Positions 23,297-30,249 of a stretch of DNA of 32,000 nucleotides are shown in pieces; position 1 is the first letter of the stretch; every line of letters starts with the position of its first letter. A program made the translations under genes and the position numbers. This DNA is from Promethearchaeum syntrophicum (lineage in GTDB: Archaea; Asgardarchaeota; Lokiarchaeia; Sigyniarchaeales; Promethearchaeaceae): assembly GCF_008000775.2 (NCBI RefSeq), contig NZ_CP042905.2, positions 2,370,001 to 2,402,000 of the forward strand. The letters are read 5' to 3'. Below the pieces are notes generated by a model that did no database searches, was not told where the DNA came from, and saw only the letters and a list, made by a program, of their open reading frames with translations.

Positions 23297-24601
23297 TTAT
23301 GAAATGATAGACCTTTCTTCTGAAAACTTCTTATATTCTTGATTATCAATAATTTGCTTTACTAATTGCACTACTAGCCAAATTTCTTCATATGTATTAT
23401 ATAAGGCAATAGGGGCAATACGAATAACATTGGGAGGTCGAAAATCTGGAATAACATTATGACTAAGTAAGGCTTTATTTATTTTATAAGAATCCTTTGT
23501 CCTCCCTAAAGCGATATGACCACTCCGTCGATTAGGATTTCTAGGTGTGTCGATTGTGAAATTATATGGTTCTTTTCCAAGATAATAATCCACTAGAAAT
23601 ATCAAATAACTGGTTAATTGAAGCGATTTTTTTCGAATTTCTTCAATTCCAGCTTCTTTAATTATTTGTAGAGATCCTTCAACTCCTCCAGCCCCAATTA
23701 TTCCAGGAGATGATATTTGCCAACCCCCTGCATGATGTGCTTGTTGAAATTTAATGGACATATCAAATTGCTTCTCCTTAACATATCCAAACCATCCCTT
23801 AAGTTTATTTTGAAGATTAAAATGACGTTCATTTATATATAGGAATGCGGATGATCCTGGACCGCTATTTAGATATTTATAACTGCACCAAAAAGCAAAA
23901 TCAACATCCCATTTATCAAAATGATGAGGAACCGCCCCTATTGAATGACAACAATCAAATCCAATTAAAATATTCCGTTTGTGTGCTTCCTGGGTCAGAA
24001 ATTCCATGTCTAATAGTTGACCACTTCGATAAAGAACTGAAGGTAAAATGATTAAGCATATTTCATCTGTCATCAGTTCGACAATTAGATTTTCATCCAA
24101 AGTTTTTCCATTAGAACTAGGCACTAAAACTAGATTTTTCTCAGGATTTAATCCTTTTAGTTGAATTTGACCTTCGATTGCATAAAGATCATTTGGGAAA
24201 TTTAATTCATCTGCTAATATTTTAGTACAATTTCCGTATGGATTATAAAAGGTACTAACCAAAGAATGAAGATTTACTGTTGTAGTTCCAGTCATTATTA
24301 CTTCAGAAGGTTTGGCTCCAATAATCGGTGCAATATTTTCACCCATTTTTTCACTTATATAAAACCAAGGGATTTTTCCAGTTAACCATCCATTAATTCC
24401 TAGTGTTTTCCATTCATATATTATCCGTTCGATGGATTTTTCTGAATCTTTTGATAATAATCCTAATGAATTACCATCTAAATAAATCGAATCTTTAGGA
24501 ATATAGAACCGATCTCTAAATTTATTCAAAGGATCATCTCTATCCAATTTTTGAGCAAAAACCTTGGAAGGTTCAAAATTATACTCATAGCTATTAGTCA
24601 T
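23297..24601 (-). CDS. kynU: Kynureninase (PLP-dependent, aminotransferase class V fold)
   Basis: 434 aa. It has LDGNSLGL near the N-terminus and the PLP-lysine block DFAFWCSYKYLNSGPGSSAFLY, which matches the W/G-C-S-Y-K-Y-L-N-x-G-P-G signature of kynureninases. The length is typical. Confidence 0.85.
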   Translation of the reverse strand: MTNSYEYNFEPSKVFAQKLDRDDPLNKFRDRFYIPKDSIYLDGNSLGLLSKDSEKSIERIIYEWKTLGINGWLTGKIPWFYISEKMGENIAPIIGAKPSEVIMTGTTTVNLHSLVSTFYNPYGNCTKILADELNFPNDLYAIEGQIQLKGLNPEKNLVLVPSSNGKTLDENLIVELMTDEICLIILPSVLYRSGQLLDMEFLTQEAHKRNILIGFDCCHSIGAVPHHFDKWDVDFAFWCSYKYLNSGPGSSAFLYINERHFNLQNKLKGWFGYVKEKQFDMSIKFQQAHHAGGWQISSPGIIGAGGVEGSLQIIKEAGIEEIRKKSLQLTSYLIFLVDYYLGKEPYNFTIDTPRNPNRRSGHIALGRTKDSYKINKALLSHNVIPDFRPPNVIRIAPIALYNTYEEIWLVVQLVKQIIDNQEYKKFSEERSIIS

Positions 24602-24622
24602 TATGTTAAATAAAATGAGGGT

Positions 24623-24631
24623 CTATAAAAA
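24623..24631 (-). promoter_or_regulatory. TATA-like box (TTTTTATAG) centred about 26 nt upstream of the kynureninase ATG; leaderless geometry
   Basis: The minus strand reads GATTTTTATAGACCCTCATTTTATTTAACATAATG, with the ATG at 24601 and no SD-like element. Confidence 0.35.
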
Positions 24632-24809
24632 TCTGCATTAATCGGAAATAAGTTCATGGAATTAATCCATAATAAGATTTGAAAAATAATCGGCTGTGTT
24701 CCATTGAATATTTGTTAAAATTAATGTTCTTTTTTGAAATTATCAAAATGGGATTCTTTAAATATATGAATTATATCTAATTTAATTAAAAAAATAGGAG
24801 GTTGCTGGA

Positions 24810-25076
24810 TTGAATGAAAAAAAGTCCATGCTGGATTGGATGAAAAGAAATGAAAAAAAATTCAATGTCCCTAACAAATCGGAAAATAAAACTGATAAAA
24901 GTCGCTTCCATGCTATGAAAACAAAAAAAAAAGAAGAGTATATAGAGAAAATTCCGCAGAAATCACTTGATATTTTTACTAAAGAAGAAGAACAACCCTC
25001 ATTTTATGATGAAGACTTTAATTCTGACGATTTCAAACAAATGACAAAGAAATGGACAGATAAAAATTTAGATTAA
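24810..25076 (+). CDS. Small highly charged (Lys/Glu/Asp-rich) hypothetical protein
   Basis: 88-aa ORF with a TTG start and a textbook GGAGG (24797-24801) 8 nt upstream. No TM segment and no motif. Confidence 0.5.
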   Translation: MNEKKSMLDWMKRNEKKFNVPNKSENKTDKSRFHAMKTKKKEEYIEKIPQKSLDIFTKEEEQPSFYDEDFNSDDFKQMTKKWTDKNLD

Positions 25077-25126
25077 AATACATTATTGGAAAATTAAATC
25101 TCAAAAGTCAAAATTAATAAAAAAAA

Positions 25127-27199
25127 TCAGAATTCAATCGAAATCCAGTAAACTGGATGATCGGTTTGGGATTCTGGGCTCGAAATATAATGTGCTTCAT
25201 TAATTATAAACTCAGGAGAAACAAAAATATGGTCAATTCTCCTTGTTCGATTAACATCATTTTCATCGAAATGATCTGGGTATAGAGAGAGAAAAGAATC
25301 TACTAATAATGCAGTCGAAGCATTATAATAAGTTGAATTTTCTCTAGAATTAAAATCTCCTAGTGAAATAACATTACTAAGACCCTCAATTCGAGACATC
25401 AAAGTTTGGATATGGGTTAATTTGGCCTCAGCAGAACCATCAGGATGTGAATTAAACACATTAAAGATATTTTCACCTACTGTTATTTGGGCTTGAACTG
25501 TACCAATTTCATCTTCATCAGAATATGTGAAAATCGAGATTGCATTTGAAATGGGATACCTTGATAAAATGGCTGCACCATAAGTACCTGTTACTTTCTT
25601 AGGCCCATAATATGAATAGTAGTTAAGTTTATCTGCAAAAAATCTTACTACATCTGAGTTTCCCCCTCCTATTTTAGCAGAATCTGATTCTTGAAGTGCT
25701 ATTATGTCAGGGTTAATTTCTTGTATTAATCGTAATTGAGATTCATAGTTTTTATCTCCTGATTCATTAACTCCCATTTGAACATTGAATGTCATTATTT
25801 TTAAAGAATTAACACCTTGACCTGTTAAAGTTTCAGGGGTTGAGGTCGTAATAATCCCTCCTAAAATCGTTCCAATTAAGATAAAACATATGAAAATTGT
25901 AGCAGATAAATTTTTTTTAGGAAAACCTTGGAATTTTTTCAACTGAATTGAGCTTTTCTTAATCAATAAAGTAGAAATAAATAATCCAATCCCAATTAGA
26001 AGAAATGGAAGCCAAAAGAGATTTCTAAATACTAAACTAATTGCCCCAACATAACCCCAAATATTAGTAAATATTATGATAAATGCCATAATGATAATAA
26101 CAAATCCTCCGAGAGTAAATCCTAATGAAATTTGTCGTTTTAAAGGATTAATATTTATCAATTCACGAGTAAGCAGCATAAAATTAATAAAAATAATTGG
26201 AGATAATAAAAGCATTACATATAATGGTATTTGTTGGTACCAATATGGTGCTGCTACTATTATAGCGGGTGAACTTGGAGTTTCTGGGAATTTAATTGTA
26301 TGTACGAATATCGTAAGGACTAGACTTAGGGAGAAAAGGAAATTCCATAACCAAATCATCCAATTTTTTAATGATCCAAACCATTGGGGTTTAAATAGAG
26401 TAATTAATGCATAGATTGAAATCATTATCGTAAGAATGATAATAATTGCTAGATAGTTTCCTTGAGTCCATCGAGATATAACTGTAGGACCTTCAAATGC
26501 AAAATATATTAAAAGAAAAGTATTAATAATCCCAATTATCAATAGAAAAACTTTAATTCCTTTTTTAAAATTGCCGTTGGTATTCTTATTTATAGGAAGT
26601 TCATCGTCTACTTCTTTATTTTGATTTGTTTCATCTTGGTGATTAGATTCGTTTAATTTCTCAAGAGAAAGCAATGAAAATAATCCTATTATTGCTAAAA
26701 TTCCTCCAATTGATTGATACCAACTATACATTGAAATATCAATAGTATAATTAAGTGTCCTAAACAGTATTGACAATCCCGTCCCTATTGCTAAGCTTAA
26801 TCCATAATTTAACCCATTGGATTTTTTAGTGATTGAAGAACTAAAGAGCAAATAACTTGGAAAAAATATCATAAAAGCCCCTACACCGAACCCAGCTGTA
26901 ATGATTTTGCCTAAAGTAGCAACCAATGGTGTTATCAACCGGGCAACAATTAAAACAATGCCTGAAATTTTTATCAGCTTCATTGAATAATCTTTTTTTG
27001 TGAAGATTAGAAAAATCGAAGGTAATAAGAATAACAATCCTGCAGCCTTTTCATCAACTGAAGTATTAAGCAAATCAAGCATATATATTGCGGAAATGAG
27101 TTCAGTTATCATTTGTAGAAAAAACAGAAACAAAACACTTAAAAGAATCATTTCGATGTTGATTTTATCCAAAAATTTTTTTGATTGTTCCATGTTCAT
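25127..27199 (-). CDS. Polytopic membrane protein (about 12 TM) fused to a C-terminal endonuclease/exonuclease/phosphatase (EEP) domain
   Basis: 690 aa. The N-terminal ~450 residues are hydrophobic helices. The C-terminal EEP motifs are LKIMTFNVQMG, IIALQESD, GAAILSRYPI, VFNSHPD, LGDFNS and RIDHIFVS. Confidence 0.85.
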   Translation of the reverse strand: MNMEQSKKFLDKINIEMILLSVLFLFFLQMITELISAIYMLDLLNTSVDEKAAGLLFLLPSIFLIFTKKDYSMKLIKISGIVLIVARLITPLVATLGKIITAGFGVGAFMIFFPSYLLFSSSITKKSNGLNYGLSLAIGTGLSILFRTLNYTIDISMYSWYQSIGGILAIIGLFSLLSLEKLNESNHQDETNQNKEVDDELPINKNTNGNFKKGIKVFLLIIGIINTFLLIYFAFEGPTVISRWTQGNYLAIIIILTIMISIYALITLFKPQWFGSLKNWMIWLWNFLFSLSLVLTIFVHTIKFPETPSSPAIIVAAPYWYQQIPLYVMLLLSPIIFINFMLLTRELININPLKRQISLGFTLGGFVIIIMAFIIIFTNIWGYVGAISLVFRNLFWLPFLLIGIGLFISTLLIKKSSIQLKKFQGFPKKNLSATIFICFILIGTILGGIITTSTPETLTGQGVNSLKIMTFNVQMGVNESGDKNYESQLRLIQEINPDIIALQESDSAKIGGGNSDVVRFFADKLNYYSYYGPKKVTGTYGAAILSRYPISNAISIFTYSDEDEIGTVQAQITVGENIFNVFNSHPDGSAEAKLTHIQTLMSRIEGLSNVISLGDFNSRENSTYYNASTALLVDSFLSLYPDHFDENDVNRTRRIDHIFVSPEFIINEAHYISSPESQTDHPVYWISIEF

Positions 27200-27305
27200 G
27201 AAATCAACGTTGGATTTTAAAAATCTTTTACTATTTGTGATATAATTTTGAATTAATATTTGCTATAAATTAATAAAATAAGTGAAGATTCCCTAAATTA
27301 TAATA

Positions 27306-28532
27306 ATGAAAGTTGAACTATTACTTCCAGCTCAAAATAAAAAATCAATTATTGCAGTGAAAGAATATGCTAATGCAGTATATTTTGGAACAGAAGCCTT
27401 GAATATGCGAATCAATGCTGATAATTTCATGATAAAAGATCTCCCCGAAATTGTAGATCTATGTCATTCTTTAAATATAAAAGCATATCTCACTAGCAAC
27501 GTAATTATTTATGAAAATGAGATCGAATATTTAGAAAATCAATTAAATCTAGCTAAAGATGCTGGGATAGATGCAGTAATTGTCCATGATATGGCTGCGA
27601 TTGAAATTGCCAAAGAATTAAAATTACCCTTTCATATATCTACACAAGCCAGTGTATCCAATTCAAAAGCCGCTCAGTTTTTTGAACGACTAGGTGCGGA
27701 ACGTATTATTTTGGCGCGAGAATTATCTTTAATGAAAATTAAGGAAATCATTAAAAAATTAACAAAAACTCAAATTGAAACCTTTGTTCATGGAGCAATG
27801 TGCACAGCAATTTCTGGACGGTGCTATATTTCTGCTGAAGTACATAAAGATACTCAGTATTCTGCAAACCGTGGAAAATGTCTCCAACCTTGCAGGAATA
27901 AATGGACAATGGTTCATTCAAATGGAACAGAATTAGAATATGAAGATGGATTTTTTTTAAACTCAAAAGATTTATGCATGATTGAACATATTCCAGAATT
28001 GATTAATTCTGGTATCTCATCTTTGAAAATTGAAGGGAGAATGAGAGATCCGCATTATATTGAAACGGTAGGTCAGTGTTATCGGGAAGCGATTGATAGT
28101 TTTTATGAAGATACATATAATCATAGTAAGGTCAAAAAATGGTTAGAAAATCTAAATACTGTTTATAATAGGGGTTTTTCAACAGGCTTTTATTTTGATC
28201 GGCCAGGGGTTAACGAAATTTCACGCGATCAATCAGGAAACCTTTCAAAATATCGAAAAATTCAAGTTGGAAAGGTGATAACCTATTATCGAAATGTAAA
28301 AGCTGCAAAAATAAGCCTCCATCAAGGACAATTGCGAATTGGAGATGAGATTATTATTGAAGGGAGTAAGATGGGTAATTATATAAAACAAAAAATAAAA
28401 TCTATCCAAATAAAAACCAAAGCAGTGACGCAAACCCCAAAATTAAACCCGGGGACTTCAATTTTAATCAGTGTAGAAGTAGATTCTCCAGTAAAAAAAA
28501 ATGATTATGTTTATCAATATTTGCCAAAATAA
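27306..28532 (+). CDS. Peptidase U32-family protein (Fe-S type; possibly an RNA/quinone hydroxylase-like member)
   Basis: 408 aa. ETFVHGAMCTAISGRCYIS exactly fits the remembered U32 signature E-x-F-x2-G-[SA]-[LIVM]-C-x4-G-x-C-x-[LIVM]-S. Two further Cys follow in NRGKCLQPCR. Confidence 0.9.
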   Translation: MKVELLLPAQNKKSIIAVKEYANAVYFGTEALNMRINADNFMIKDLPEIVDLCHSLNIKAYLTSNVIIYENEIEYLENQLNLAKDAGIDAVIVHDMAAIEIAKELKLPFHISTQASVSNSKAAQFFERLGAERIILARELSLMKIKEIIKKLTKTQIETFVHGAMCTAISGRCYISAEVHKDTQYSANRGKCLQPCRNKWTMVHSNGTELEYEDGFFLNSKDLCMIEHIPELINSGISSLKIEGRMRDPHYIETVGQCYREAIDSFYEDTYNHSKVKKWLENLNTVYNRGFSTGFYFDRPGVNEISRDQSGNLSKYRKIQVGKVITYYRNVKAAKISLHQGQLRIGDEIIIEGSKMGNYIKQKIKSIQIKTKAVTQTPKLNPGTSILISVEVDSPVKKNDYVYQYLPK

Positions 28533-28699
28533 TTATGATCCATTACGTAGATAATTGATATTCTATTAATCGGGCTTCTAAACCATGAAAATATATTTTT
28601 ATAGTAAACTAAATATTCGATGTTCCATTAGAAAAATTAGTTAAAGAATAAGAAACATCAGAAAAATGCTTTTTTACTTCTTATAGCAGGTATTACTAA

Positions 28700-30214
28700 A
28701 TGTTATTTACAGAAATGGATATTAATCCTCAAATTATACAAGCCTTGGAAGAGAATCAAATTATGTCTCCTACCGAAATTCAGGAGAAAAGTATTCCTCA
28801 TGGGCTTTCAATGCAAAAATCCCATGTTATTGGCCAAGCCAAAACTGGTTCCGGAAAAACACTCGCTTTTGCTATTCCTATTATCGAAAAAATAAATCCA
28901 AACAATAGAAATATACAAGCACTAGTTATCGTTCCAACTCGAGAATTATGTAAACAAAATGCAGTAGTTTTTCGTTCTATTACGAAATACAAGAAAATAA
29001 AGATTGTTGAAGTGTATGGTGGAGCTTCAATACGTTCTCAAATTGAGCAAATTCAAAGTGGTGGACAAGTTATAATTGCTACCCCAGGACGGTTAAACGA
29101 TTTAATTAGACGACGAATAATTAAGTTTAAGAGTGTTAATTTTGTCGCTTTAGATGAAGCCGATCGAATGCTTGATATGGGATTTCTTCCAGATATTGAG
29201 TTTGTGTTATTAGACGCAATGAGAAATATATCTCCTCGCTTATTTCTTTTTTCAGCAACATTATTTGACGAAATCAAAAAAGTTATTTACAAATTTACTA
29301 AAAAAGATGTTATTCATGAAATTGACGTTAGTAAAGATTCCTTAACCGTAGATAATTGTGATCAATACGCATATTATGTGAAGAATAACAAATTTTGGAA
29401 TTTTATTAAAATTTTAAATGACGAGCGACCAGCTTTTTCACTCATTTTTACTAAAACTAAACGAAATGCAGAAAAACTCTGTAATAGATTGAATAAAGCG
29501 AATGAGCTGAATTTTAATCTTAAAGTAGGATTTATTAACGGAGATTTATCACAAGCAAAACGTGAAAAAACTGTCTCTATGTTCCGTAATAAACAACTAT
29601 CTTGTTTAGTTGCAACAAATGTCCTTGCTCGAGGATTAGATTTTCCTAAAGTCACTCATGTATTTAATTATGATATGCCGCGTGATCCTGAAGATTATGT
29701 CCATCGTATTGGTCGGACTGCGAGGGTAGGAGGAGTAGAGAGAAATGTTGCTAGTGGTAAAGCTATTTCTATTGTTTCTGACGATCAGCGAGTTTTAATG
29801 AAAAAAATTGAAAAGCTCCTCAATAATAATATTGAAAAAAGGACAATACCAAATCTTTCAAATATGGAATTTGTTCCAGAAAAATACGATACGACTTTAA
29901 AGAAAAATGTAAAGCAAAAACAAAAAAGTAATCAAGGAAACAAACGTCAATTCGATAGGAAAAAGAAAAATCACAAGAATATTAAGAAAAATAGTAGTAA
30001 ACCAGAAGTTATTATTAAAATTGTACCAGAAAAACTCTCAACTAAATCAAATTCTTCACAAAAACTAAAAACACGAAGTCATTATACATCAAGTAAAACT
30101 TCAAATAATCAATTTGATAAGAAAAGAAGAAATCCTAAATTTAATAATAAGAAAAAGAAAAAGAAACAATTTTATTCAAAGAATCGACAGAAGATATCAT
30201 CTTCTGCGAAATAA
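28700..30214 (+). CDS. DEAD-box ATP-dependent RNA helicase with a long Lys/Asn/Ser-rich C-terminal tail
   Basis: Motifs present: Q motif (PTEIQEKSIP), I (AKTGSGKT), Ia (PTRELC), II (DEAD in LDEADRMLD), III (SAT), V (VATNVLARGLDF), VI (HRIGRTAR). The tail covers residues about 375-504. Confidence 0.92.
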   Translation: MLFTEMDINPQIIQALEENQIMSPTEIQEKSIPHGLSMQKSHVIGQAKTGSGKTLAFAIPIIEKINPNNRNIQALVIVPTRELCKQNAVVFRSITKYKKIKIVEVYGGASIRSQIEQIQSGGQVIIATPGRLNDLIRRRIIKFKSVNFVALDEADRMLDMGFLPDIEFVLLDAMRNISPRLFLFSATLFDEIKKVIYKFTKKDVIHEIDVSKDSLTVDNCDQYAYYVKNNKFWNFIKILNDERPAFSLIFTKTKRNAEKLCNRLNKANELNFNLKVGFINGDLSQAKREKTVSMFRNKQLSCLVATNVLARGLDFPKVTHVFNYDMPRDPEDYVHRIGRTARVGGVERNVASGKAISIVSDDQRVLMKKIEKLLNNNIEKRTIPNLSNMEFVPEKYDTTLKKNVKQKQKSNQGNKRQFDRKKKNHKNIKKNSSKPEVIIKIVPEKLSTKSNSSQKLKTRSHYTSSKTSNNQFDKKRRNPKFNNKKKKKKQFYSKNRQKISSSAK

Positions 30215-30221
30215 TTTTTTT
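30215..30221 (+). terminator. Short oligo-T (T7) directly after the helicase stop
   Basis: TAA at 30212-30214 is followed by T7, in a convergent gap with the GTPase gene. Confidence 0.3.
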
Positions 30222-30249
30222 AGCTTTTCCTAAGATGTTTGAAAGCGTT

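Noticed and set aside
23845-24051. 68-aa plus-strand ORF
   Set aside because: It is antisense within the kynureninase gene.
24804-24846. 17-nt direct repeat GCTGGATTG[A/G]ATGAAAA (24804-24820 and 24830-24846) at the 5' end of the 88-aa ORF
   Set aside because: There are only two short copies in different reading frames relative to the ORF. It is probably a small local duplication or chance. There is no array and no flanking structure.
26076-27245. Plus-strand ORFs of 112 aa and 81 aa
   Set aside because: Both are antisense within the membrane-EEP gene; the 81-aa ORF also runs 46 nt past that gene's start codon into the upstream intergenic region. Mirror frames of hydrophobic-helix coding sequence often stay open.
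27751-28433. Minus-strand ORFs of 71 aa and 62 aa
   Set aside because: Both are antisense within the U32-family gene.
28798-29655. Three minus-strand ORFs (64, 74 and 93 aa)
   Set aside because: All are antisense within the DEAD-box helicase gene, whose nine motifs fix the plus-strand frame.
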